Assembly: GCA_001822835.1 (NCBI GenBank)
Contig: MHSS01000002.1
Coordinates: forward strand, 1,060-65,059
DNA from: Candidatus Terrybacteria bacterium RIFCSPHIGHO2_01_FULL_48_17
GTDB lineage: Bacteria; Patescibacteriota; Minisyncoccia; Terrybacterales; 2-01-FULL-58-14
Direction of reading: 5' to 3'
Length of the DNA stretch: 64,000 nucleotides
In this document: in pieces, positions 9,137 to 18,042 of the stretch
Layout of the letters: each line of letters starts with the position of its first letter
How positions within the stretch are numbered: position 1 is the first letter of the stretch
Program-made: the position numbers and the translations under genes
Notes under the pieces: model-generated
Told to the model about the DNA's origin: nothing
Database searches by the model: none
The model's input: the letters and a program-made list of their open reading frames with translations, nothing else

Positions 9137-11155
9137 TTATTCGCGCGCCGTCAACCGCTTAATCAAATCCCGAATGCGTGCGGCTTCTTCAAATTCTAGT
9201 TTTTTCACGTGTTCTTCCATCTCCTTTTTGAATTGTTTAAGAATTTCTGGCGTAACTTTTTCTGGGACGAATTCGTCTTCTCTATGTGATCCGATGAGGG
9301 TTGATTCTCGAAGCGGCTTTGCAATTGTTCGAGGAGTAATGCCATGCTTTTTATTCCATTCTTCTTGGATCTTCCGGCGGCGCTTCGTTTCTGAAATTGC
9401 CGTCTTCATCGATTGCGTACGGATGTCGGCAAATAAAATGACACGTCCTTCTTCGTGGCGCGCCGCCCGTCCCATGGTTTGAATAAGCGTGGTCGCGTTT
9501 CGCAAAAAACCCTCTTTATCTGCGTCGAGAATCGCAACAAGCGACACTTCGGGCAGGTCCAGCCCTTCCCGCAAAAGATTAATGCCGACCACCACGTCAG
9601 TTTCTCCTGCACGAAGTCGATGTAATACCTCGGGTCGCTCAAGGGTTTTTACTTCTGCATGCAAGTATTCCACTTTTATATCTTTTCCTTTGAGCCAATC
9701 CGTGAGTTCCTCGGCAAGACGTTTCGTAAGCGTAGTCACTAAAACCCGTTGCTTTTTCGCCACCCTTTCTTCTATCGCCTTCACGAGGTAGGGGAGCTGG
9801 TCTTTTGTGTCGCGTATTTCAATAGTAGGGTCTAGCAATCCGGTCGGCCGGATCAATTGCTCTACGAAGCCACCCTGTACCCTGTTCTCTGAACTCTGTA
9901 CCCTTTTTGAGATGTTAATCTCAAAAACGTTTGGAGTTGCCGAGGCAAAGATTATTTGTCCGGTTTTTTGTAAAAATTCGTTGAAGTCCAACGGACGGTT
10001 GTCGCGCGCAGAGGGAAGGCGGAAACCAAAATCAATCAAGATCTGCTTTCGGGCGTTATCGCCCCGCACCATGCCCCGAAGCTGCGGCACGGTCATGTGC
10101 GATTCATCTATAATTGTGAGCCATTCTGTGCCCTGTCCCCTAACCCCTGTACCTCGTTTGGTGTATGCGGCACTCATATAATCCAAAAGCGTAAACGGTG
10201 GCTCCCCCGGTTTTCTAAATTCAAAATGGCTCGAATAGTTTTCAATGCCGTGGCAATAGCCGGCTTCTTGGATCATTGCGAGGTCGTTTTCCGTGCGTTG
10301 TTTGAGGCGCTGGGCTTCAAGAACTTTGCCGTGTTTTTTCAGTTCCGCAAGGCGTTCTGCAAGTTCGGCTTCAATGTTGGCAAGTGCCAAAGGAATTTTA
10401 TCCGAAGGCGCCACCCAAAACTTCGCCGGAAACATCAATGCTTTGGCTGCGGTGCGTTCAGGATCTTCAAGCCCTAAGCCCGAACGTCGCAGAAGGCGCG
10501 AGATTTTGTTACGGCCAAATTCAACCACAATAACTTCCATTCCGGTTGAGGGCGCTATTTCCACCCGCTCGCCGCGCTTGCGGAAGGTACCCGGCACAAG
10601 ATCTATATCGTTGCGTTCATATTGTAGATCCACAAGCAATTCGAATAGTCGTTTTTGGGTCATTGTTTGCCCGGGCGTAAGCTCAAGCGCCAATTCCTTA
10701 TATTCTTCTGGGGAGCCGATGTTATAAATACACGAGACCGATGCAACCACGATAACATCATCGCGCGTTAAAATTGCTTGGGTTGCAGCATGGCGCAGGC
10801 GGTCGAGTTCTTGATTTATTTTGACGTCTTTGTCGATATAGGTATCGGTTTGAGGAATGTAGGCCTCGGGCTGGTAATAGTCGTAATAAGAAACAAAATA
10901 ATGTACGGCATTGTCGGGGAAAAATGCCTTAAACTCCTCATAAAGTTGTGCTGCTAAGGTTTTGTTGTGAGAAATAACAAGCGTTGGGCGCTGAAGGTTT
11001 TGAATAACATTTGCGAACGTGAACGTTTTCCCGCTGCCAGTTACGCCAAGCAATGTTTGAAAGCGCAGATCTTGCTCAAGGCCGCGGGAAAGAGCCCCGA
11101 TCGCGAGGGGTTGGTCGCCGGTAGGCGCAAATGGAGCTTTGAGCTGAAATGGCAT
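9137..11155 (-). CDS. uvrB: Excinuclease ABC subunit B
   Basis: 672 aa from MPFQLKAPFAPTGDQP, the canonical UvrB N-terminus. Walker A GVTGSGKT, helicase motifs, and a C-terminal UvrB/UvrC interaction helix (EAARIRDLIKRL). The track ORF adds 54 aa upstream that run into ruvA. Confidence 0.9.
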   Translation of the reverse strand: MPFQLKAPFAPTGDQPLAIGALSRGLEQDLRFQTLLGVTGSGKTFTFANVIQNLQRPTLVISHNKTLAAQLYEEFKAFFPDNAVHYFVSYYDYYQPEAYIPQTDTYIDKDVKINQELDRLRHAATQAILTRDDVIVVASVSCIYNIGSPEEYKELALELTPGQTMTQKRLFELLVDLQYERNDIDLVPGTFRKRGERVEIAPSTGMEVIVVEFGRNKISRLLRRSGLGLEDPERTAAKALMFPAKFWVAPSDKIPLALANIEAELAERLAELKKHGKVLEAQRLKQRTENDLAMIQEAGYCHGIENYSSHFEFRKPGEPPFTLLDYMSAAYTKRGTGVRGQGTEWLTIIDESHMTVPQLRGMVRGDNARKQILIDFGFRLPSARDNRPLDFNEFLQKTGQIIFASATPNVFEINISKRVQSSENRVQGGFVEQLIRPTGLLDPTIEIRDTKDQLPYLVKAIEERVAKKQRVLVTTLTKRLAEELTDWLKGKDIKVEYLHAEVKTLERPEVLHRLRAGETDVVVGINLLREGLDLPEVSLVAILDADKEGFLRNATTLIQTMGRAARHEEGRVILFADIRTQSMKTAISETKRRRKIQEEWNKKHGITPRTIAKPLRESTLIGSHREDEFVPEKVTPEILKQFKKEMEEHVKKLEFEEAARIRDLIKRLTARE

Positions 11156-11167
11156 ACAATAGATATA

Positions 11168-11746
11168 ATGATTGCCTTTATTGAGGGTGGGTTGGTGGCG
11201 AAAGGGGAAAAATACGCGATTGTGGAGGCCAACGGCGTTGGCTATAAGGTTTTTTTGACAAAAGAGTCCCTTTCCACGCTCCCTGAAATCGGGCACCGGG
11301 TCAAGCTGTTCACGCATCTTTATCTGCGCGAAAATGAAACCCTTGAGCTTTATGGCATGCGGAACGCAAAAGAGCTTTCGTTTTTTGAAACATTGTTAGA
11401 CGTGCCGGGGGTTGGACCAAAAGGGGCGCTCGGCATTTTAAGCGCCGCATCGGTTGATGACCTTGAGCGAGCCATTGCTTCTGGTGATGAGCGATTGCTC
11501 GAACGCGTGTCGGGGATTGGCAAAAAAACTGCAAAGAAAATTTTATTAGAACTTCAGTCGCGTTACGAAGGGTTAAGCATGGTGGTGGGGGAGATGCCGC
11601 ACGAGATGCAGGATGCCATGGATGCTCTTGTGAAACTTGGCTATTCCGATCGCGAAGCACGAGAGGCGATGAAGCATGTGCCGCAGGAAGCAAAAACGGT
11701 CGAGGAGAAAATTAAGGCGGCACTGAAGGCGCTTGGGGGAAAATAG
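11168..11746 (+). CDS. ruvA: Holliday junction branch-migration protein RuvA
   Basis: 192 aa from MIAFIEGGLVAKGEKYAIVEANGVGYKV (OB-fold domain I). Contains the HhH pair (GVGPKGA...GIGKKTA) and C-terminal domain III. Confidence 0.85.
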   Translation: MIAFIEGGLVAKGEKYAIVEANGVGYKVFLTKESLSTLPEIGHRVKLFTHLYLRENETLELYGMRNAKELSFFETLLDVPGVGPKGALGILSAASVDDLERAIASGDERLLERVSGIGKKTAKKILLELQSRYEGLSMVVGEMPHEMQDAMDALVKLGYSDREAREAMKHVPQEAKTVEEKIKAALKALGGK

Positions 11747-11850
11747 CTCGCGAACCATCCGGAAAAATTCTCCGCCTTCATATATGCGATACATTATTGA
11801 TCCCACCGCCAGCCCGAGAGAATTTTTCCGGACGTTCGCTCGCAAGAAAA
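11744..11850. repeat. ~105-bp MITE-like palindromic element, copy A
   Basis: Terminal inverted repeats gctcgcgaaccatccggaaaaattctc / gagaatttttccggacgttcgctcgc around a 45-nt core. About 95% identical to 39098-39197. Begins on the ruvA stop codon. Confidence 0.6.
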
Positions 11851-11942
11851 ATAGCGCTCGTTAAGCGCTCGCGCCCTGCTCGCAACCCCGCCGCATTTTC
11901 TGCGAAAGCACTTGGAGGGAAACAAAAAGAGCCTTGCGGCTC

Positions 11943-12245
11943 TTAGTCGGGAGGCGAGTACTCAGCAAACTCGCTGGCGATATCTTCTGGTAGGTATTGG
12001 TCAAGCATTTTACGCCCCTCGAAGTTGCTTGGCCCTCGGTAAGCGGCAGAAAAAGTTGCATGGCCGTTGATAAAGTGAATTGCGGCAAGATTTAATCCGT
12101 GTATTTTGATTGCAACTAGAGCCAATTTAAGCTGATTGCGCCCAAGGAGCGGATCGGCCTTGAACCATATTAGGCGACTTCGGAATTTATGTTGTACTGG
12201 ATCGTAATATTCCAGCACCACTCCGTCGCACCTTGGTTCTTCCAT
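11943..12245 (-). CDS. hypothetical protein
   Basis: 100 aa from MEEPRCDG.... The longer track ORF overlaps the FemAB gene start. No recognised motifs. Confidence 0.4.
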   Translation of the reverse strand: MEEPRCDGVVLEYYDPVQHKFRSRLIWFKADPLLGRNQLKLALVAIKIHGLNLAAIHFINGHATFSAAYRGPSNFEGRKMLDQYLPEDIASEFAEYSPPD

Positions 12246-12293
12246 TCTTCCTTTCCCCCTTCGTTTAATTAAGGTTCTGGTGTCCTCTTTATC

Positions 12294-13271
12294 ATGGAAA
12301 CAAAGGCGAGTCAAATATGGAACAATTTTGTCATACAACACAACGGCTCTTTTTTGCAGTCGTGGGAGTGGGGCGAGTTTCAGCAAACGGTTGGGAAAAA
12401 AGTTTTTTATCTTGAAGTGCACGAAATGCGTGGCCTGGTAATTGGGCACGCGTTGCCTTTGGGAATAAAATATTTCTATATACCACGCGGCCCGGTAGGG
12501 GAGAAGAATAGCTTTCCGGCATGGTTTAAAAAAATAAGCGAGCACGCAAAACAAGCCGGCGCAGTTTTTCTTCGTATCGAACCCCCAAATTCAGTTTCTA
12601 TATTCCAAATTCCAAATTCAAAATTCGTAGATTTGGGTCGCGCAATCCAACCACGGCAAAATCTTATTGTAGACCTTGCACACACAGAAGACGATTTGCT
12701 TGCCGGCATGCACGAGAAAACAAGATACAATATCCGACTAGCAGGAAGGCATGGAGTAACCACCAGGGTTCAGGGTTCAGGGGTCAGGAGTCAGGACGTA
12801 GGCGCCTTTTTGCTTTTACTGCATGAAACCGCAAAAGAACAGGATTTGAAAATCTATTCCGACGTATATTACCAAAAAATGCTTGAGGTCTTTATGGCCG
12901 GAGACGGCGCGCCTAATGCCACAAAGGGTATATTGTTTTTCGCGGATTATAAAGGAAAACCGCTTGCGACGGCGTTTTGCGTCGGTTTTGGGAGGCGATT
13001 AACATATCTGCACGGCGGTTCCTCGCGCGAACACAAAAACGTCATGGCGCCACAGTTGTTGCATTGGGAGATAATGCGGTGGGCAAAAGAAGCGGGATAT
13101 GCCGAATACGATATGGGAGGCATTGATGAAGCGAAGTGGCCCGGCCTTACGCGTTTTAAGAAGGGCTTTGGAGGTCGAACGGTTGCGTATGCGGGCATAT
13201 ATGAATATGCTTACAATCGTTTCGTATATTCCTTGTATCGGGTTGCGCATTTTTTGGCCTATCGATCTTAG
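12294..13271 (+). CDS. FemAB-family peptidoglycan bridge aminoacyltransferase
   Basis: 325 aa. FemAB hallmarks FLQSWEWGEF, GxxxRxTYLHGGS and a GNAT-like C-terminal half. Contains two in-frame oligo-repeat insertions. Confidence 0.7.
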   Translation: METKASQIWNNFVIQHNGSFLQSWEWGEFQQTVGKKVFYLEVHEMRGLVIGHALPLGIKYFYIPRGPVGEKNSFPAWFKKISEHAKQAGAVFLRIEPPNSVSIFQIPNSKFVDLGRAIQPRQNLIVDLAHTEDDLLAGMHEKTRYNIRLAGRHGVTTRVQGSGVRSQDVGAFLLLLHETAKEQDLKIYSDVYYQKMLEVFMAGDGAPNATKGILFFADYKGKPLATAFCVGFGRRLTYLHGGSSREHKNVMAPQLLHWEIMRWAKEAGYAEYDMGGIDEAKWPGLTRFKKGFGGRTVAYAGIYEYAYNRFVYSLYRVAHFLAYRS

Positions 13272-13285
13272 GCGCGTTTGATTAT

Positions 13286-14614
13286 ATGCGTTCTCTTATT
13301 CCTTCGCCCATCATCTCTTTGTGGCATTTTTTTCTTGCGTGGCTTGCTGCGTGGTCCACGGGCAATCCTTCGCGCAGGCTCGTTATAATTGGCGTTACCG
13401 GCACCACAGGAAAATCAACCGTGGTTTGGTTGCTTTCGCGCATGCTTGAGGAGGCGGGTGCTAAAGTTGCGGCGACGTCATCCATTGAATTTCGCATACG
13501 CAACAAACAATGGATCAATAAGGAGAAAATGACCATGCCCGGCCGTTTTTTCATGCAAAAGTTTCTGCGCAAGGCCGCGGAAGCGGGCTGCACCCATGCT
13601 GTTTTGGAAGTAACCTCTGAAGGCATTACGCAGCATCGGCATCGTTTTATCCATTGGGATGTTGCCGTGCTCACCAATCTTCGCAAAGAACACATTGAGC
13701 GGCACGGTTCCGAAGAGGCGTACAAGCGAGCGAAAGGAAAATTATTCGCCGCACTTAAAAAGGGCGTGCGCAAGGGAATTCCTAAAACCGCAGTGGTAAA
13801 TTTGGCCGATCCCAATGCTGATTATTTTCTTTCGTTTCCTGCCGAGCAATATATCGGGTATCGGTTCTTTGAAGATTATCCGCGCACGAAACTTCCCCAA
13901 GGCGGACGGGAGGTGGTGGGGGAGAAGCTTGTGGCGACGGGTTCCGAGACGTCGTTTGAGTTTCAGGGAAAGATCGTTGTGAGCCGGCTTTTGGGAAAGT
14001 TTAACGCCGAAAATATATTGGCAGCGGGAGCTGCGGCCTTGGCGCTTGGGGCATCGGGGAGCTTTGTTGCAGACGTAGCAGGTCGTACCCTTTCTATCCC
14101 CGGGCGCATGGAGGAAATTCCAGAGGCCCACAATATGCGGGGGTATCGCGTATTTGTGGACTATGCTCATACCCCCGACGGCCTTGAGGCGGTATATCGT
14201 ACCGCACAAAATATGAAGCGCGAAAAAAAAGCGAATCGTATTATATGCGTGTTAGGGGCCGCAGGAGGCGGGCGCGACAAATGGAAGCGGCCCGAGATGG
14301 GAAAATTGGCAGCCCGCTACTGCGACCATATTTTTGTGACAAACGAAGACCCATATGACGAAGACCCGCGTGAAATTATGGATGGTGTTGTGGAAGGAGC
14401 GCGTGAATATCTGAAAAGTGCCTCCTCGCAGCAAATGCTCGAAGAGGTCGTGGATCGCAGAAAGGCGATTTCGCGGGCAATATATGTGGCGCAGCCGGGG
14501 GATGTAGTGTTAATAACCGGCAAGGGTTCGGAGCCATGGATGGTGGTGGGGAAGGGAAAAAAGATTCCATGGGATGATAGAGAGATTGTGCGGCAAGCGT
14601 TGATGGAGAGGTGA
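13286..14614 (+). CDS. murE: Mur ligase, MurE-like
   Basis: 442 aa. ATP-binding P-loop VTGTTGKST, DYAHTPDGL and GGGRDKWKRP motifs characteristic of MurE. The N-terminal domain is short. Confidence 0.65.
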   Translation: MRSLIPSPIISLWHFFLAWLAAWSTGNPSRRLVIIGVTGTTGKSTVVWLLSRMLEEAGAKVAATSSIEFRIRNKQWINKEKMTMPGRFFMQKFLRKAAEAGCTHAVLEVTSEGITQHRHRFIHWDVAVLTNLRKEHIERHGSEEAYKRAKGKLFAALKKGVRKGIPKTAVVNLADPNADYFLSFPAEQYIGYRFFEDYPRTKLPQGGREVVGEKLVATGSETSFEFQGKIVVSRLLGKFNAENILAAGAAALALGASGSFVADVAGRTLSIPGRMEEIPEAHNMRGYRVFVDYAHTPDGLEAVYRTAQNMKREKKANRIICVLGAAGGGRDKWKRPEMGKLAARYCDHIFVTNEDPYDEDPREIMDGVVEGAREYLKSASSQQMLEEVVDRRKAISRAIYVAQPGDVVLITGKGSEPWMVVGKGKKIPWDDREIVRQALMER

Positions 14615-14747
14615 GCGCGCAACGGCAGGGCCGCTCGCGTCTGCAAGGGATCCTTCCGTTCCTTAAGGCCGCTCGCGGCCCCGCCGCTTGCGCGCCATTA
14701 TTCAAGAGCTTGCCGCACGGGAGAAGGGTTAACATTCGCAAATTTAT

Positions 14748-15491
14748 ATGGAAAGAATCAAGACAAAAAACTTTGAACTTGCAGTATACGCAAAAGGAAA
14801 TGAAGGTGCGGCAAAAATAGCGCTTGTGTTGCCTGGACGCCTCGATACGAAAGATTACGTACACATGCGAAGCCACGTTGATTTTCTTGCGGCAAACGGA
14901 TTTTTCGCGTTGTCATTCGATCCACCCGGTACTTGGGAAAGTCCGGGCGGCATCGAGCTTTACACGACCACTAATTACATTAAAGCCATCAACGAGTTGA
15001 TAGAATATTTTGGCAACAAGCCCACCTTGCTGTTGGGACACAGCAGAGGGGGCGCGGTGGCGATATTGGCGGGAGCGTCCAATCCTTTTGTTTCAGGAAT
15101 TGTTCCCATTTTTGCGACTTACGGACCGCCGAGTGCCGCAAGCCAAGACGCCATACGGGGTGGGTTCCAAACAGAGTATCGAGACCTTCCACCAGGTGCC
15201 GCACCGAGCAGAGAACAAAAGGAATTTGCCCTTCCGCTTAACTTTTTCAAAGACGGCCAACAATATAATCCTTCATCGGCTTTGCTCGATTGTACCAAGC
15301 CAAAGCTATTAATTTATGCCAGCCGGGATGAATATACTCAACCCGATAGGGTCAAGGCGGTATATGAAACGATTCCTGGACCAAAGATGATACATGAACT
15401 TGATTCTGATCACGATTACCGCTACCACTCAAAACTCATTGAGGAAGTAAATCAGGCGGTCGGAGGTTTTTTAAAGAAGGTTTCGCTATAA
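14748..15491 (+). CDS. alpha/beta-fold hydrolase
   Basis: 247 aa. Nucleophile elbow GHSRGG, plus Asp and His (DSDHD) of a catalytic triad. Confidence 0.65.
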   Translation: MERIKTKNFELAVYAKGNEGAAKIALVLPGRLDTKDYVHMRSHVDFLAANGFFALSFDPPGTWESPGGIELYTTTNYIKAINELIEYFGNKPTLLLGHSRGGAVAILAGASNPFVSGIVPIFATYGPPSAASQDAIRGGFQTEYRDLPPGAAPSREQKEFALPLNFFKDGQQYNPSSALLDCTKPKLLIYASRDEYTQPDRVKAVYETIPGPKMIHELDSDHDYRYHSKLIEEVNQAVGGFLKKVSL

Positions 15492-15537
15492 AAACAATCG
15501 AACCCAATGACCGCTATTGGATATTTTAAAATACTTG

Positions 15538-15566
15538 TTGACATCTTGGCGACGAGACCCTAAGAT
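15538..15566 (+). promoter_or_regulatory. candidate sigma-70 promoter
   Basis: TTGACA, 17 nt, TAAGAT, located 43 nt upstream of the GTG start at 15609. Confidence 0.45.
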
Positions 15567-15608
15567 GTTTTGGTAGGAAATTAACAAATAAAAAGAAGGA
15601 GAAGAGAC

Positions 15609-15881
15609 GTGGGTAGCAAAAGTCGTTACACGCAACGGCATGATGAACACTATCCGCCGGAAGATGGCGTTGAAAAAGCAATTTACGATATTTTGACAGA
15701 GCGCGGGCCGCTGACTGCAATAGAGCTTTGGGAGGAAGTAAAGCGCCGCGGATTTCCTGAAAGCGATGCGCGTGTACATGCCTCGTATCTTGCTGACCGC
15801 GGCTGGCTAGAACTTACGGATGATTGTAAGTTCCGCGCGCTTTCTGAGCGCCTGAACCCAGCGCCGACCGATCTTTTCTAA
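15609..15881 (+). CDS. hypothetical small protein (possible winged-helix)
   Basis: 90 aa, GTG start with AAGGAGAAG SD. Confidence 0.45.
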   Translation: MGSKSRYTQRHDEHYPPEDGVEKAIYDILTERGPLTAIELWEEVKRRGFPESDARVHASYLADRGWLELTDDCKFRALSERLNPAPTDLF

Positions 15882-15922
15882 CTAAACCGAGAAACAAAAT
15901 GCCCACCATGCGGTGGGCATTA

Positions 15923-16921
15923 TCATTTCCAATAAGCAAGTTCTTTAATTGCCCGAACAATCTTTTCGGCATTCGGCATAAACGCTTCTTCAAGCGCTTT
16001 GGAGTAAGGGGCTGCGGGAACTTCTGGAGCTGCAAGACGCACAATGGGAGCCGCAAGCGACGTAAAAGTGTCCGGATCCTCTGAAATTTCCGCTGCAATT
16101 TCAGCGCCATAGCCGCAGAACATATTGTCTTCGTGTACGACAAGGGCTCGCCCTGTTTTTTGAACCGATTGCAATACAGTGGTAGCATCAAGCGGCCGAA
16201 GCGTTTGCAGATCGATGATTTCAATGCTTATTTCTTTTGCGAGCGTTTGTGTGGCTTTCCAGCATTCAAAGAGCATCGCGCCGTAAGCAATAACCGTTAC
16301 GTCAGCGCCTTCTTGTATGACTTCGGCGTTTCCGAGTGGGAGCGTATACGCGTCTTTGCAAACTTCTTTATAAATAAAAGGATCTTTCGCCCGGTAAATC
16401 TTTTTTGGCTCAAGAAAAATCACGGGGTCGGGATCGCGAATCGCAGACGCAAGCAATCCTTTCGCGGTGTATGAATCCCGAGGCACTACGACCTTCAGAC
16501 CGGGGACGTGCGCATAAAATACTTCGATGCTTTGTGAGTGATGAAGTCCGCCATGGACTCCTCCGCCATAAGGCGTGCGAATTACCATGGGTACGCCGAA
16601 TGTTCCGTTTGATCGATAACGCATTCGCGCCGCCTCGCTTACAATCTGGTTGAATGCCGGGTGGATAAAGTCGGCAAATTGAATTTCTGCAACCGGTATG
16701 AGGCCGCCAAGCGCCATGCCAATTGCGCATCCAACGATTGAGGATTCGGCAAGCGGGGTGTTAAACACCCGAGTGTTTCCAAAACGTTCCTGCAACCCAT
16801 GGGTAGCCAGAAACACACCACCCTTTTTCCCGACGTCTTCCCCAAATACTACAATGCGCGTATCTCGCGCCATCTCTAATTCAAGGGCGTCGTGTACGGC
16901 TTCAAGAAGCGTTTGCTGCAT
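15923..16921 (-). CDS. pdhB: 2-oxoacid (pyruvate/acetoin) dehydrogenase E1 component, beta subunit
   Basis: 332 aa. Transketolase-like pyrimidine-binding and C-terminal domains (FGEDVG..GGVF, IQFADF, RTPYGGG). Confidence 0.85.
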   Translation of the reverse strand: MQQTLLEAVHDALELEMARDTRIVVFGEDVGKKGGVFLATHGLQERFGNTRVFNTPLAESSIVGCAIGMALGGLIPVAEIQFADFIHPAFNQIVSEAARMRYRSNGTFGVPMVIRTPYGGGVHGGLHHSQSIEVFYAHVPGLKVVVPRDSYTAKGLLASAIRDPDPVIFLEPKKIYRAKDPFIYKEVCKDAYTLPLGNAEVIQEGADVTVIAYGAMLFECWKATQTLAKEISIEIIDLQTLRPLDATTVLQSVQKTGRALVVHEDNMFCGYGAEIAAEISEDPDTFTSLAAPIVRLAAPEVPAAPYSKALEEAFMPNAEKIVRAIKELAYWK

Positions 16922-17906
16922 CAGAGCCCTCCTTTAGATATACGTTTTCGCCAATGGTTGCTGGATCGGGAGTGGGGGATTGTTCTGCCTCTTGTTCGGC
17001 CGCTAAAAGCCCTGAGGCGATTTCTTGTTCCAGCGCGGCTTCTGTTGCGTCGTTGACTATTCCGCGTACGCGCAAGAAACGCTCAAGTGCCGCGAGCGGA
17101 TCGCGTAGGGCTTCTTTGGAAAGCTCATGATCACTTCGATATTTTCTCTGATCGTCATCCGATGAGTGAGCCGCAAGCCGCGGCACCCTCACTTCGATGA
17201 GAGTGGGTCCCTCGCCTTCCCGCGCGCGTTTACATGCTTTTTGCGCTTCATGCGCAATGCCTTCCACGTCTGTTCCGTCAAGCGATACCCCATAGATGCC
17301 GTATCCTCGTGCGCGGTTTGCGATGTTTCGAATAGCCATCTGTTCGCGTTGTGTTACGGAAATTGCATAGCCGTTGTTTTCGCACACAAAAACCACGGGG
17401 AGTTTATGAATACCTGCCCAGTTCAACGCCTCGTGAAAGTCCCCTTCGGAGGTTGCGCCGTCGCCAAAAAATACCACAACAATTTCCTGGGCACCAAGCA
17501 ATGTGCGCGCGTGGGCAATACCAACGGCATGTAACAGTTGGGTTGCGATAACGCTTGATCCGGACACAATCCGTTTTTCTGCATCTCCAAAATGCGATGG
17601 CATTTGCCTGCCGCCTGATGAAGGATCGCCTGCGCGCGCAAAAAAGTGAAGCATCACATCGGTCGGCGTCATGCCTTTCGTTAAGACGGCACAGGTTGAG
17701 CGATAGTAGGGGACAAGCCAGTCGGTTGGCTGAAGGAACGATGTGATAATTCCTTGCGGAACTTCGTGTCCCTGTCCGGAAATAATAAATGGCCCCTTTC
17801 CCGCGCGAACAAGAACCCACAACCGTTCATCAAGCCGACGCGCACCGAGCGATATGCGAAAAATGCGCTCGAGCCGTGTCAACAAATCAGCATCTTTTTC
17901 TGACAT
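16902..17906 (-). CDS. pdhA: 2-oxoacid dehydrogenase E1 component, alpha subunit (TPP-dependent)
   Basis: 334 aa. TPP motif GDGATSEGDFHEALNWAG...VVFVCENNGYAIS. Overlaps the beta gene by 20 nt. Confidence 0.85.
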   Translation of the reverse strand: MSEKDADLLTRLERIFRISLGARRLDERLWVLVRAGKGPFIISGQGHEVPQGIITSFLQPTDWLVPYYRSTCAVLTKGMTPTDVMLHFFARAGDPSSGGRQMPSHFGDAEKRIVSGSSVIATQLLHAVGIAHARTLLGAQEIVVVFFGDGATSEGDFHEALNWAGIHKLPVVFVCENNGYAISVTQREQMAIRNIANRARGYGIYGVSLDGTDVEGIAHEAQKACKRAREGEGPTLIEVRVPRLAAHSSDDDQRKYRSDHELSKEALRDPLAALERFLRVRGIVNDATEAALEQEIASGLLAAEQEAEQSPTPDPATIGENVYLKEGSDAANAS

Positions 17907-17975
17907 ATGTGCAGCCCCTTTTTCAAAGATCGTGTACGTGCAGCATATACCTCAGGAATTTAAAACGCAATATGA

Positions 17976-18005
17976 TTGACAATAAAAACGTTTTGCCGCT
18001 ACAAT
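17976..18005 (+). promoter_or_regulatory. candidate sigma-70 promoter of the OFOR operon
   Basis: TTGACA, 18 nt, TACAAT, about 38 nt upstream of the start codon, in the divergent intergenic region. Confidence 0.45.
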
Positions 18006-18042
18006 GGAGCCGTTCATTGAGAGATGAAAGGGGAGAAAAACC

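Noticed and set aside
9873-9906. Tandem oligo-repeats considered as a CRISPR array or as microsatellite phase-variation switches
   Set aside because: There are no unique spacers, no constant 25-40-nt repeat and no cas genes, so this is not CRISPR. The units are degenerate and sit in essential genes (ileS, argS, glyS, uvrB), which makes programmed on/off phase variation unlikely. They are reported as a repeat family instead.
12294-12554. Overlap of the FemAB gene start with the long track ORF 11943-12554 on the opposite strand
   Set aside because: The minus ORF is more plausibly 100 aa (11943-12245, from MEEPRC...). The extension across the FemAB start has no SD and an odd composition.
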